The notes below the pieces were generated by a model that saw only the letters and a program-made list of their open reading frames with translations, ran no database searches and was not told the DNA's origin. A stretch of DNA of 59,351 nucleotides, counting the filler, from Barthelona sp. PAP020 (Eukaryota): the NCBI GenBank assembly GCA_040182905.1. It is 5 parts of 5 records of this genome, joined end to end, with 100 filler letters (N's around TTAATTAATTAA, not from the genome) between each part and the next. Parts side by side here need not be neighbours in the genome. Positions count along the whole stretch, not along the records: positions 23,840 to 35,635 come from JARQWU010000360.1; positions 35,736 to 47,528 come from JARQWU010000361.1; 3 more parts are not named here. One strand, 5' to 3'. How positions within the stretch are numbered: position 1 is the first letter of the stretch; every line of letters starts with the position of its first letter. The position numbers were made by a program, and so were the translations under genes. This document shows, piece after piece, positions 33,327 through 44,515 of the stretch.

Positions 33327-33689
33327 TCAATGATATTTTTCAGTAAAATCATAAAGGAAAAAAAATTTTCCTTTCTTTCTTTCATTTTTGACACGCTGTG
33401 CCTGCCTAGCAAATTTTCTATTTTTATGAAACAATTAAATACATTATTCTGACTTTAATTTGATTTCACCTGATCATTCCAAAAAAAAAAAAATTTGCCA
33501 TTCCCTTTTCTTTCACTTTTTTTATTTTGGATGAATTTATTCAATCAATCCCAACGTTTGAAAGAAAAAATTCAAATATAGAAGAATTTTGATCTTTTTA
33601 CATGACATCCAATAATTTACAATAAAAACATTTTAACTATCAATTAGAATTTATAAGTATATTTTTATTACCTTGGTTTTTTAATTAAA

Positions 33690-35027
33690 ATGCCTTCACC
33701 AAAGAATGTTGGAATTCATTTCATAGATTTTTATATTCCACGATATTATATTGATCAATCTGATTTAGAGAGACATCAGAATGTTGCTTCAGGTAAGTAT
33801 ACAATAGGTCTGGGTCAAGAACAAATGTCTTTTTGTACAGATTATGAAGACATAAATTCTATTTGTTTGACTGTCACTGAACAATTACTAATTAAAAAAA
33901 ATGTTCAATACTCGGAAATTGGATTTCTTGAAGTTGGAACAGAAACTCTTGTTGATAAATCTAAATCTGTAAAATCAGTGCTTATGGAGTTGTTTAAAGA
34001 AAGTGGCAATTTTGATGTTTTGGGTTGTGATACAACAAACGCCTGTTATGGTGCAACTAATGCATTATTTCATGCTATCGATTGGTGTTATTCAAATGCG
34101 TATGATGGCAGATATGCTTTAGTTGTTGCTGCTGATATAGCTGTTTACGCTGAAGTCTCAACAAAACCCACTGGAGGTGCTGGAGCAGTGGCCATGTTGA
34201 TCAAACCTGATGCGCCATTGGTATTGGAACCCATTCGAAGCAGTTATTCAGTGAATGCATGGGATTTTTACAAACCTAAAATGGATTCAGAATATCCTTT
34301 TGTTGATGGCAAGTTATCAATTGAATGTTATTTAAGAGCTGTAGATTATTGTTATGAGGGATATTTGCGCAAAGCATCAAAAAACTCAGTCAGTATTGGA
34401 TTTGACTCTTTTAAAACAATTGCTTTTCATACCCCTTTCAATAAAATGATTCAAAAAGCACTTGGTAGAATGTTTTACAAAGAGCTACATCGGTTAGATC
34501 TTCTGAAAGATCATCCAACGTTGGGAAAATATTGTGATATTGATTTAGAATCTAGTTATAGCAATAAGGAACTGTTGAAAGACTTTACAAATTATGTTTC
34601 AAACCAAAATATTGGTATATATGACAACAAAGTGAAATCAACGGAGACGTTGGGAAAGAGATGTGGTAACATGTATTGTGCTTCTTTATACGGTAGTTTA
34701 TGTTCCACTTTACACAATCAAAATTATGAAATTGGGGATAGAATTTTGTGTTTCAGTTATGGTTCGGGAATTGTTGCAACAATGTACTCTTTCATTGTTA
34801 ACGCTGATTTATCAGAAATAACTAAAAATTTGCGTGTTAAAGAACGACTAGACAATAGGATTTTTAAATCTTGTGAAGATTTTGATCATATATTGGAAAA
34901 GAGAGAAAAAAACGCTTTAAAAATTAATTTTGTTTCAGATTTTTGTGATTTTGCAGATTTGTCAGATGGTACTTTTTTCCTATCAGAAATAGTAAATGGG
35001 GAAAGAAGATATGAGAAGAAAATTTGA
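33690..35027 (+). CDS. HMGCS: hydroxymethylglutaryl-CoA synthase (eukaryotic type)
   Basis: GKYTIGLGQ, EVGTETLVDKSKSVKSVLM, catalytic NACYG, FHTPF, GNMYCASLY and FSYGSG. Confidence 0.97.
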   Translation: MPSPKNVGIHFIDFYIPRYYIDQSDLERHQNVASGKYTIGLGQEQMSFCTDYEDINSICLTVTEQLLIKKNVQYSEIGFLEVGTETLVDKSKSVKSVLMELFKESGNFDVLGCDTTNACYGATNALFHAIDWCYSNAYDGRYALVVAADIAVYAEVSTKPTGGAGAVAMLIKPDAPLVLEPIRSSYSVNAWDFYKPKMDSEYPFVDGKLSIECYLRAVDYCYEGYLRKASKNSVSIGFDSFKTIAFHTPFNKMIQKALGRMFYKELHRLDLLKDHPTLGKYCDIDLESSYSNKELLKDFTNYVSNQNIGIYDNKVKSTETLGKRCGNMYCASLYGSLCSTLHNQNYEIGDRILCFSYGSGIVATMYSFIVNADLSEITKNLRVKERLDNRIFKSCEDFDHILEKREKNALKINFVSDFCDFADLSDGTFFLSEIVNGERRYEKKI

Positions 35028-35250
35028 GAGCATTAAAAATAAAATAAAATAATAAAATAAAATAAAATAAAAAAATTTTTTTTGGCATTAAACCTTTCTC
35101 TTTCACAAAAAACTGTTATTGGCTCATTTTGAGTGTGTTACTATATATATTTAAAAGGAAAAGTTTAAAATATTGCAGTAAAATGTTAAAAATTGTTTAA
35201 AGAAGAAATGTAAATTTTTGCAGAACCATTGTAGTCTTCTTTAAATGAAA

Positions 35251-35525
35251 TTGGTCCAGTTGTGAAACAACTGTTCTCTTTTACAAAGAAATGTGGAACT
35301 TCATGCTCAATGAACGGAATTTATTGGAGATATAAAGAGGTCATCAAATATCACTCCTTTTATTTGTTGTTTCTTGACCATCTTTAGGTCCAATTTTTTA
35401 AGTTACTTGGGCATCTGAATCCACGTGAGTTTTTCCCAAACCAAAAGCTAACTCGTTTCGTTGTTCACTGAACAACTCATACCTCATAAATATCTAATAA
35501 GTAAACTCATTCCAACAAATTTCAG
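35251..35525 (+). repeat. degenerate dispersed repeat family C, copy 2
   Basis: TTGGTCCAGTTGTGAAACAAC at 35251-35271. AAACTCATTCCAACAAAT at ~35503 resembles AAACTCATTCTAGCAAAT at ~57836. Confidence 0.5.
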
Positions 35526-35635
35526 TTAAGATTTCAGGAGGGGAATTGAGGGACTGAAATGTAATTGGAACGATCAAGTAGGAGAATTTCGGAGAAATTC
35601 TTCATTCCTATTTTTTTTGTATTTTTGCAAAAGCA

Positions 35636-35735
35636 NNNNNNNNNNNNNNNNNNNNNNNNNNNNNNNNNNNNNNNNNNNNTTAATTAATTAANNNNNNNNN
35701 NNNNNNNNNNNNNNNNNNNNNNNNNNNNNNNNNNN
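35636..35735. other. artificial contig linker
   Basis: 44N-TTAATTAATTAA-44N. Confidence 0.97.
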
Positions 35736-35849
35736 AAGGGACACAAATCTGTTGGTGGTTTGAGAGCCTCTGTTTATAATGCCATGCCTTTGGAAGGTGT
35801 TCAAGCCCTTGTTGATTTCATGAAGGAATTTTATGAAAAGAATCATTAA
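35736..35849 (+). CDS. serC: phosphoserine aminotransferase, 3' fragment (cut by contig start)
   Basis: Manual translation [37 protein letters not shown] is the diagnostic SerC/PSAT C-terminus (KGHRSVGG.RAS.YNA). Confidence 0.92.
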   Translation, partial: KGHKSVGGLRASVYNAMPLEGVQALVDFMKEFYEKNH

Positions 35850-36094
35850 ATTATTATGGATTATATCTGATGACAAATAAATAAATGTTTTTGGTGTTCT
35901 TTTTTTTCAAAACAATAGCTCATAAACATGCATATATTTATTATTAAAACGTTAAAAATAATATTACAAATAAAGTGAATGTGAATGAAATGTTCTTGTT
36001 ATTTCCAAATTTCCAGTGTTGAGAAAGAATATTTATTCAATCTTTTTTTAAACAAAATTTGAAAAATGTTTAGAATTAATACATATTTGAGCCC

Positions 36095-37549
36095 ATGAAA
36101 AAGAAAGAAATCACTATTTATGAAAATAATTCGGATAATAATGAAAACCATGATGTAAAAATCACCAAAGATAATATTTCTTCGACTGATAATATCGATA
36201 ATACAAATAATAACAATATTATTGCGACACCAAACTTTGAATCAGAATCTAAATTTTTTCCTGTGTTGGAATTCCATGTAAAAAAAAAAAATCATTGGGG
36301 GATGGTTCAAAAACGTATTTTAAGACTTACAGATAATTTTATTGAGAATATAAAGAATTCCGACGTTGTAACGAAACGATTTCAATATCATGAAGTAACA
36401 GGAGTGAAATTACTCAACAGCACTGCTTTTAAAATTGAATACAGCGTTGATCATGACTTTCATTACATATCACCTGTTGCGATTTCCATTGTTCAAGAAT
36501 TGTCTGCCAGATTAGAACATAAATTTTCCAGAGGAAAGGACAAGTCAAAGCATTTCTCACAATTACAGATAGCTAATTTGAATTTGTTGGATCACAGTTT
36601 GCTAGTGAGTAAAAAAATTGACCTTCTTTCGCAAGGTTTGCCTGAAATGCGTGATAGAACATTATCGGTCGTTGAAAGCGATTTATTGGTTTTGAGCCAT
36701 AGTTTTACTGATCGTGTTTCACAAGATATTGACTACGCATCAGCCAGAGCCATTGATTCTCTTACCGGCTACACAGAAGATGAAAGAATATCAACTAGTG
36801 TGAAAAACTTAATTTTGTCGCCGAAAAGTGATGAATTCAAGACCATCAGATCATTTAAACTAGGACTAGATTTTGCCCCATCCTCAATAATTACAACCTG
36901 TCAGTCCATCAGAGGTTTTTTAAGTGGATTGGTTGACTTTCTTTTGGATCATTATCAGGAGGACCTTTCAGCGTTATTGGTCAGTTATACTGAGGAAGAT
37001 TTACCTTCACTGGTCGAAACGATTGTATCTACCGAAGTGTTGTTATCTCTGAATAGTCAAATCTTTTCTTCATTTCAATCTGAATTTCAACAGTTGGATG
37101 AGCAATTATACATAGCTTTTGAATGGTTTAAAGATGAAGATCAAACATTTTGGCATATCAAAACAGAATTTCAAACAGAATTGGGCTTTAAAAGGGCTAT
37201 CGATGAATTGTCGATGATGAATCCACAATTTTTAACTCCTTTAGCCATGGCTAGTTGTCTTTTAAAATCAGCAAAGGCTTTACATGAGGAGGTTCTTGAA
37301 CAACATGCTGATTGTGAATACATTTCTGGTGATGATTTCTTACCGATTCAAATATATGTTATAACTCAAACTTGTCCTCAATTTGCAGGATCAATCACCA
37401 ATATGTTATGGAATTTGCTCGATGAAGAAAATCTTACTGGTGAAGTTGGAATGTACTTGACCATCTTTCAATCTGCTTGTCAATTTGTATTAGATAAATA
37501 TCAAAAAGATATTAAAATAAAATCGCTTGCACTTTTAAAGAATTTATAA
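36095..37549 (+). CDS. VPS9-domain Rab5-family GEF with N-terminal PH-like domain
   Basis: VPS9 motifs ISGDDFLPIQIYVI and LTGEVGMYLTIFQSACQFV. N-terminal FHVKKKNHWGMVQKRILRLT is PH-like. Confidence 0.85.
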   Translation: MKKKEITIYENNSDNNENHDVKITKDNISSTDNIDNTNNNNIIATPNFESESKFFPVLEFHVKKKNHWGMVQKRILRLTDNFIENIKNSDVVTKRFQYHEVTGVKLLNSTAFKIEYSVDHDFHYISPVAISIVQELSARLEHKFSRGKDKSKHFSQLQIANLNLLDHSLLVSKKIDLLSQGLPEMRDRTLSVVESDLLVLSHSFTDRVSQDIDYASARAIDSLTGYTEDERISTSVKNLILSPKSDEFKTIRSFKLGLDFAPSSIITTCQSIRGFLSGLVDFLLDHYQEDLSALLVSYTEEDLPSLVETIVSTEVLLSLNSQIFSSFQSEFQQLDEQLYIAFEWFKDEDQTFWHIKTEFQTELGFKRAIDELSMMNPQFLTPLAMASCLLKSAKALHEEVLEQHADCEYISGDDFLPIQIYVITQTCPQFAGSITNMLWNLLDEENLTGEVGMYLTIFQSACQFVLDKYQKDIKIKSLALLKNL

Positions 37550-37708
37550 ATGATAATATTTAATTTATTTATTTCCATTTTATATTTTATATTTAATACA
37601 TATTTTTGTATTATTCAGAGTTAATAAAAGAAATTGCTTGAAAAAGAAAGAAAGAAGTTTCAATTTTGAAAAGAAAAAAAGTCATCAACAAGAATTGGTG
37701 TTTGAAAC

Positions 37709-38932
37709 ATGTCCTTTTTTGACAAAATCCCTGAATGGCAAGATGATAATGCTATGGGTGTTTTAATGTCTGACTTTCGAGAGAATGAAGCTGTTGATCC
37801 ACATTTATGGAATTATCTAAAAAATTTTTGGAAAACAACCATATTAAAATATTTACAACATGAAAATAGATTTATGATTCATGGAATAGAAGAATTAGAA
37901 ATGATTTTTCAAAGAAATAATGTTATTCCCATATGTTTTTCAAAATTGGTTGATCTTTTACATGAAGATAAGATATTAATTGATGAAAAAACTTTATTAA
38001 AAAGGAAAGGTTTATTTTTTAATGTCGGAAGAGCTATTGTATGGCCCATTAAATTACCTTTCCGTATTATCTTTCGTAAAGAATTTCATTCAACCAATAT
38101 TATTATTTATAAAACCCAATATGAACTCTTAAGAAATAAAGTTTTGGATGCAATTAATAAAGCCTTTCCTACGATTACTTTTGAAGAGTTAATGAGTTTT
38201 ACGGGAATTCCGTCGGATGAATTAACATTTATTTTGCATATATTATTCAGAGAGATTAGTCCCTTACATGTACACAAGGAAGATGGAAAGATAATTGGAT
38301 TAAGTAAGCATTTTGATGTGGAACAGATGAAGGTGTTTTTCGATTTACAAAGACAAATGAAACACATTCAGCATGTGATAAACCAACAAAAAGCTGTCAT
38401 AAAAGTAGCTGTGACAAAACCAAAAACTAAAGCAGAAAAAACAAGAGCAAAAAAAAATGTTTTGCCAATTTTAAACAATTTGAAAAAGAACGAAAAATTG
38501 TTTTCAAATTTGCAATTTATTTATTTCCAGATAATTGGCAATAAGAACATCAATGATGCTGCTGAATGTCTCAAGAATTCCACGGAAGTCTTAAAAAATA
38601 GCATTGAAATTGATCATGATATGATGGACAACCTGATCGAAGCTTTGGAAGATGCTGATGAATTCGAGCAATTGATAAACACCCCTTTACAAAATCATAT
38701 GGCCAGTCATGGTTTCGATGAAGATGCCCTTGAAAGAGAATTACATTTGTTAGATAGTATGGATAGCACTAATGGGGATCGCGAACTTGTCTCGTCAGTT
38801 GTTAGGCCTTCAAAACAACTAGTTATTGAAAATGAGGAAGAAATTGAGGAAGAAGTGCATGATGAAACAAAATCAAGATTACAACAAGATAAAATGGTTT
38901 TAGAAGCAGAAAAGTTGCTGGAAATGTTATGA
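37709..38932 (+). CDS. CHMP7: CHMP7/Cmp7-like ESCRT-II/III hybrid protein
   Basis: N-terminal PEWQDDNAMGVLMSDFRENEAVDPHLWNYLKNFWKTTI parallels the CHMP7 winged-helix start. C-terminal Snf7-like helices with acidic FDEDALERELHLL. Confidence 0.75.
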   Translation: MSFFDKIPEWQDDNAMGVLMSDFRENEAVDPHLWNYLKNFWKTTILKYLQHENRFMIHGIEELEMIFQRNNVIPICFSKLVDLLHEDKILIDEKTLLKRKGLFFNVGRAIVWPIKLPFRIIFRKEFHSTNIIIYKTQYELLRNKVLDAINKAFPTITFEELMSFTGIPSDELTFILHILFREISPLHVHKEDGKIIGLSKHFDVEQMKVFFDLQRQMKHIQHVINQQKAVIKVAVTKPKTKAEKTRAKKNVLPILNNLKKNEKLFSNLQFIYFQIIGNKNINDAAECLKNSTEVLKNSIEIDHDMMDNLIEALEDADEFEQLINTPLQNHMASHGFDEDALERELHLLDSMDSTNGDRELVSSVVRPSKQLVIENEEEIEEEVHDETKSRLQQDKMVLEAEKLLEML

Positions 38933-39204
38933 AAAATGGAAACAATAAAAAAATGTTCATCAATGAATAAACACAGGTGCTTAGTTATGTTTGTTTTTTT
39001 TTTCCCAAAAAGTTTTGAGATAAACCATCAAATCTTCACCAATAGCTTTTAAATCAAAGCTTAAGAGCTTTGTTCAAATCACCCGGAATTAAGACATTGT
39101 TTGATGAAAAGCTGTTACAACTCTTCAGGTTAAACTGAACCGAGGGCTTTGTACTAATATAATTGCAATAAAAGAAAAAGAAAATTAAGAAATAACTCAC
39201 ATGT

Positions 39205-41124
39205 TTATTTTTGAGTTCTTTGAGGAATAGCTTCAAGGAATTGACTCAACATCAAGATAAGACACTCATGAAAATGATTCAACTTCAAAGTATCAAAAGT
39301 CTTTAAAAATTCTTCAACATCAGACACACTAATCAAGTTCCAACGAATAAAAGAGCTTAAAACCATTTTTAACCTATCAATACGGTTAAATGTCAACAAA
39401 TGCAAACTGATTAAATCAAAAGTAATCTGTGGAGTCCATTCAACAACAATTTTTTCATTCATGAAGATACGTTGAACTTCAGACAGAACATGAGAAGCAC
39501 TAATTTGACTTAAGAAACAACATAAACAAAAAAGACAAAATTGTTGTAATAAAGGTTTGGTAGAATTGAGTAAACTATCTTTAATTATGTCATTGTCAAT
39601 GGTTGCAAGGAACTCATCAAATATCAACATTGTATCAACGAAAGTATTAAGGTTTGGGTCTTTAGCAAAGCGTGCAATTGTAGAATTGAGAAATTGTTCA
39701 AAATCATTTTGATAATTGGCACTAGCAAATCCTTCGATCATTGCTTTATACAGTGTAGAATCTTTAACGTTTCCTTCAAATTCAAATAATAGAGAAACGG
39801 GCATAAAATTACGAAAGAAATGAATTGAAGGACCTAATCTTCGAATAAATTTTCTGGGAGTAGTTAATTCCAATGTTGTTGCTATAAAACTATCGTAAAA
39901 CATGGTAAGACGAGGTAATTCATTTACAAATTCAATTGATTCATAAGAAAAATGGAAATCTACTGAAGTAATATAATAAGCAAATATTTGACCAAGCATG
40001 AAGTAATCTTTTTGCGTGAAATTCTTGTTCAGCAAACATTTTCGAATTACACTGATCAAAATGTCTTCAAACAACTCAACATTCAAATTAACTAACAGAG
40101 AAGAGACTAAAATGGTATTAACTTCTTCACTTAATCCACTATTTATTAAACGTTCAACTAAAACTTCAGCTACAACTTTATAATGCTCAGTCATCATCCC
40201 CCCATAAGCATCTGAATCGTCTAATACATCAAACCTTGGCCAAAAACGTTTCAAACAATGTGATAATCTGGACAGATTTGTCGAATAATTGTTTAACACA
40301 ATATCAACCCACAATTTTGCCAGATATAAGTCCATACAGTGTACATAATCAGAAGAAATATCAAACAAATCCAAAGAACTGCATACACGCCCCAATCTTC
40401 TGTTTATCTTTGGTCTTTGAAAGTTAAGATTACTAATCATTGTGGAATCAATCTCAATCTCTTCATCTAACGATAACAAAAACTCATCTGGTTGTAAATC
40501 GAGGCTTAAAAATTCATGAAATTTAAAAATGATATCAGAACTATCAATTCCATTGGAATTTTTCAATTGTTCAATTTGCTGATCAACACGTTGAACAAAT
40601 TCATTTAAATCCTTCGTAGGTGCACAACAAATAAACATTAAATAACACAATACACAATTATAAAGGTAATCATCTGATTCCATTTCAGTATCTTTTATAA
40701 TTAGTTGTTGTGCCATGTGATCAAAATCCTCATATTTATTTGTGGTACCTCTAATCCAACAACCCAAAAAAAAGACTAGAGAAATGTATTTTGCAGGATG
40801 AATATCTATTTTATTTAATCTTTCATTGATCTTTTCAAATAAAGTATTGATAAAATTAGGTAATTTAACAAATATTTGTTTCAACAATTGAACATAAAAT
40901 AATGAAGCTGAAGGAAAATCTTCTAAAACAGTAATAATACTTTCTATAAAACATAATTCCTCATATTCATAATTTTGCTCAATAAGTGTAACAATATTTG
41001 AAGTAGATTCATTGATATCATTTAAAGCAACAGCACTCCAAAAATATGGGGCTAATCTATCTAAACTAACAACCAATTTCGCGTGTGGACTCTCACTTTG
41101 GGGTGTGTTCACTATTAAATTCAT
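39205..41124 (-). CDS. NCBP1: nuclear cap-binding protein CBP80-like (MIF4G repeats)
   Basis: Ordered matches to CBP80 landmarks: HYKVVAEVLVERL (NYHIVEVIFAEL), LVSSLLVNL (MYTTLLIEL), IFAYYITSVDFHFSYES (WFSHHLSNFQFRWSWED), SQISASHVLS (AAKSFSHSFS), MVLSSFIRWNLISVSDVEEFL (VLVDKMIRTQIVDCAAVANWI). Confidence 0.6.
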   Translation of the reverse strand: MNLIVNTPQSESPHAKLVVSLDRLAPYFWSAVALNDINESTSNIVTLIEQNYEYEELCFIESIITVLEDFPSASLFYVQLLKQIFVKLPNFINTLFEKINERLNKIDIHPAKYISLVFFLGCWIRGTTNKYEDFDHMAQQLIIKDTEMESDDYLYNCVLCYLMFICCAPTKDLNEFVQRVDQQIEQLKNSNGIDSSDIIFKFHEFLSLDLQPDEFLLSLDEEIEIDSTMISNLNFQRPKINRRLGRVCSSLDLFDISSDYVHCMDLYLAKLWVDIVLNNYSTNLSRLSHCLKRFWPRFDVLDDSDAYGGMMTEHYKVVAEVLVERLINSGLSEEVNTILVSSLLVNLNVELFEDILISVIRKCLLNKNFTQKDYFMLGQIFAYYITSVDFHFSYESIEFVNELPRLTMFYDSFIATTLELTTPRKFIRRLGPSIHFFRNFMPVSLLFEFEGNVKDSTLYKAMIEGFASANYQNDFEQFLNSTIARFAKDPNLNTFVDTMLIFDEFLATIDNDIIKDSLLNSTKPLLQQFCLFCLCCFLSQISASHVLSEVQRIFMNEKIVVEWTPQITFDLISLHLLTFNRIDRLKMVLSSFIRWNLISVSDVEEFLKTFDTLKLNHFHECLILMLSQFLEAIPQRTQK

Positions 41125-41401
41125 AATTGATTACAAAAAATGGTATAAAAAAAAATAGCTTATTGAAACAAACTCCAACTTCATGTTTCATTTTTCATTT
41201 CATTTTTTTTAATTGTCATTTATAATGGTCACAGAAAAGCATTGACAATATTTAAAGATAAAACAAAGATTCAAAGACAGAAAATGCCATTAAACAGAAA
41301 TACCGATTTTTCTAATAGGCGGGACAGCGTGCATAAAAATAAAATATAAATTATATTTATCAAAAATAGACAAACAGTTAATTCTAAGAAAAAAGAAAAC
41401 A

Positions 41402-44400
41402 TTACAGAAGTTGACAACAACATGGATTTTCAAAGAATTTGATAATGTTTTGATTGTTAGTTTCTTTGGCAATATCAATCATATCTAGTTGAACAATTTT
41501 ATCCTCAACAAATAAAGAAGCACCATAATACAATAATAACTGAACTATTTTCTCAGATCCTTGTCTAATAGCCAGAGATAAACAATTCTCACCTGAGGTT
41601 GAGATCTTATCAATTGACTCTCCAGCTCCATTAGCCAGCAATAATTGTAATAGTTCCAAATTTTGTTGTTTAACGGCAAAAAGTAATGAAGACTCACCAT
41701 TGATATTAAGCATGTTAATAATACCATGTTTTTCTGATTTTTTTGCTCCAAGAATCAGCTTTTCAACAATGTCAAATTTACCATTTTTGCACGATAAAAT
41801 AAAGGGCGTTTCCAAAAGAATGGGAGTTTTTACATTCAAATTAACATCTTTTAGAAGCAATGTATCAAGTATGTCAACACTACCTTGTAAACAAACTGCA
41901 AATATTGGCCTGAGTTCATTACTACCTAAATCAACATCAGCACCGTATGTTAATAGAGTTTTGACGGTTTCAATTTGATCATTGAGACAAGCCAAATATA
42001 AGGGTGAATTGCCATACCGATCGTAAGTGTTCACTTCAGCTCCATTCACAAGTAACATTTCCAAAATCTTCAAATTATTCAAACTGCATTGCACCAATGA
42101 TTCTCCATTTGGACCAAGAACGGACAGATTAACTCCATATTTCAAGAATATGTCCAATAGCTCTGTGCATTCACTGCAAACAATTTTGTACACTAAAGAC
42201 AAGCCGTTTTTATCAATCGCATTGATATTGGCTCCTGATTGAATTGCTGTTATTACAACATCAATATCAGGAACAAGAATAGGAACATTTTCAATGACAA
42301 AACCGATTGGCTTAGTTTCTATAAATGGAAGAATTACATCATTTAAACAAATTGAAGAACGTTCAGATATCAAAACATTTCGATTCGACCCTTTCTGTGA
42401 CTCCAATATCTTTGATAATCCATTATTCATACAGTACGCCTCCAAAGATTCATTACCAATCAAAATGTCAAGATTCACCCCTTTGTTGAAAAGGAAAAGG
42501 AATAACTCTTCATTTTGAGTTTTAACAGCTATTGTTAATGGTGAATTTCCAAAATCATCCATTGCATCAATGTTTCCCCCGTAGGAAATCAAAACTCCAA
42601 TAATTCCCAAAAAATTTTGCTCAGAGGCGAGAATAAGAGGCGTTTTTCCACATTGGTTTCTTTGTTCTACATTTGCACCTTTATTTAACAAATATCTAAC
42701 AATTTCAGTAAGTCCATAAAGACATGCTAAATGCAAAGGTGAATATCCTTCTTCATCACAAACGTTTACATCATCATTTCTCTTGATCAAGAAATCAACA
42801 ATTTCAAGGTTTTCAGAATCAACAGCTGCATGTAATGGTGTCCAACCATTCAAAGAAGCAATATTTGGATCTGCTCCATAGTTCAACAACAATTCACAAA
42901 TTGTGAAATTCGACAGGTCACAAGCTAATAACAATGAAGTTTGCCCAAAGTTATCAGTAGAATCAATATCTACTCCTAAAATGAAAGCAACTCGAATTTC
43001 ACCACAATTTTCCGCAAGTGTGGCTTTATGTAAACGATTTCTTCCATCATCATCAACATTATGAACACCCAGAGTAAAGTCCAAATGTTCATTTGAATTG
43101 CTATCCTCAAAACCATCTTCTATAAGACCGTGAGCAAACTGAACAATGTTTGCATCTTTACAAACTTCAATTTCTTCTTGATCCTGTATCAAAACATCAA
43201 TTTTTTCATCATCAATCTCATCAAAAACCCTAGTTATAACAGTGAAATAGTCAACGATATCAGAAAAAGAAAAGCATTTTTTTTCTGAAAAACAGCTCAA
43301 TATTTTAGTTCCAGGAAGGCTTTCAAATAATCTTTTATTTATGTCATTTGGTTGGGTTAAATCACAAGCATGAAAATACATCCCAGTCACAACATTAAAG
43401 AAAAGCAACGTAAAAGCCCTAATATCGTTCAACTGAGTATTTGTATAATTATTGGGATCATAATTATCCATCTCTATAAAAGGAGCATCAAAATCTAAGT
43501 CTTTAGATTTAAGTAAAAAATCATCAAGTGCAATACTCCCATCTTTTCTCATATATACATTATTCATGGAAAGCTTAAAATTCCCAATATTTTTTTCATG
43601 ACAATATTTCAAAACTTGAGCGATCTGCAGAAATACTTTAAAAGTAGTTGAAACATCTAAACAATCAAATTCTTCTTGTAAAGTTGATTCACAATTCTCC
43701 ACAATGCAATTTTCCTCAATCATCCCAAAAACCTGTCTTATTCCCTCATGATGCAGATGCATTGGGGAACAGGCCATTTTCGCTTCATCAATAGAAGAAT
43801 GAGAAATAACTTTCACTTCACTTCCACAATAACTCATTTTATTCGCAACTATTTCAGTTAATTCATTACGGTCAATCGAAGGAATATCAATATTAGAACC
43901 GGAAAATACCTCATCAATGAATTGAAATTGATGCAATTGATTGATTTCAATGCTTTTAAAAATAAAATCTTCCAAATGGTTATTTAGTTGTTTAAACCGT
44001 TGAAAATCTTCAATGCGACTCTGTTGAAAGAATCCAAAAATGTGTAGAACCAATTGTGGTGGAAAGATCAAATTTTCAGCAAAAAGACCACTATTTTTAT
44101 TAATTTCAACCAATTCCTTGAAAATGCATACGATGGAATAAATAGAAAATTCATTTTTACCACAAAAACTAATTGCTTTTTTAAAATCATTACAAAGTTC
44201 ATCAAACTCATTTAAAAGACTGATAAAAATTTCATTTTTGGAAATATTTATGTTAGAATTCAAAAGTTCTTCAAAAACTCCCATTTGATACAACAATAAA
44301 AGACTAATTTTCAAAAACTCTTTTTTCATCCCATTCATCTTCTGAAATGAATTTTTATGTAACTGAGTTAACATATCAATAAATGAAACATCAAATTTTG

Positions 44401-44515
44401 ATAACAATATGAAAATACTTGTCCAATCAAAACTTGACAATGTTATAATAATAATTTCTGTATCACTATCAAATAATTGCAATATTATATTCCGTATTTC
44501 AGATAATTTAACCAT
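41402..44515 (-). CDS. pseudokinase + ankyrin-repeat protein with C-terminal CaaX
   Basis: Kinase-fold segment FLQIAQVLKYCHEKNIGNFKLSMNNVYM...IALDDF...APF...DIRAF with HRD/DFG/APE degenerate, then multiple ankyrin repeats (GWTPLHAA, GYSPLHLAC, GKTPLILA). Ends CCCQLL. First ATG at 44515. Confidence 0.85.
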   Translation of the reverse strand: MVKLSEIRNIILQLFDSDTEIIIITLSSFDWTSIFILLSKFDVSFIDMLTQLHKNSFQKMNGMKKEFLKISLLLLYQMGVFEELLNSNINISKNEIFISLLNEFDELCNDFKKAISFCGKNEFSIYSIVCIFKELVEINKNSGLFAENLIFPPQLVLHIFGFFQQSRIEDFQRFKQLNNHLEDFIFKSIEINQLHQFQFIDEVFSGSNIDIPSIDRNELTEIVANKMSYCGSEVKVISHSSIDEAKMACSPMHLHHEGIRQVFGMIEENCIVENCESTLQEEFDCLDVSTTFKVFLQIAQVLKYCHEKNIGNFKLSMNNVYMRKDGSIALDDFLLKSKDLDFDAPFIEMDNYDPNNYTNTQLNDIRAFTLLFFNVVTGMYFHACDLTQPNDINKRLFESLPGTKILSCFSEKKCFSFSDIVDYFTVITRVFDEIDDEKIDVLIQDQEEIEVCKDANIVQFAHGLIEDGFEDSNSNEHLDFTLGVHNVDDDGRNRLHKATLAENCGEIRVAFILGVDIDSTDNFGQTSLLLACDLSNFTICELLLNYGADPNIASLNGWTPLHAAVDSENLEIVDFLIKRNDDVNVCDEEGYSPLHLACLYGLTEIVRYLLNKGANVEQRNQCGKTPLILASEQNFLGIIGVLISYGGNIDAMDDFGNSPLTIAVKTQNEELFLFLFNKGVNLDILIGNESLEAYCMNNGLSKILESQKGSNRNVLISERSSICLNDVILPFIETKPIGFVIENVPILVPDIDVVITAIQSGANINAIDKNGLSLVYKIVCSECTELLDIFLKYGVNLSVLGPNGESLVQCSLNNLKILEMLLVNGAEVNTYDRYGNSPLYLACLNDQIETVKTLLTYGADVDLGSNELRPIFAVCLQGSVDILDTLLLKDVNLNVKTPILLETPFILSCKNGKFDIVEKLILGAKKSEKHGIINMLNINGESSLLFAVKQQNLELLQLLLANGAGESIDKISTSGENCLSLAIRQGSEKIVQLLLYYGASLFVEDKIVQLDMIDIAKETNNQNIIKFFENPCCCQLL

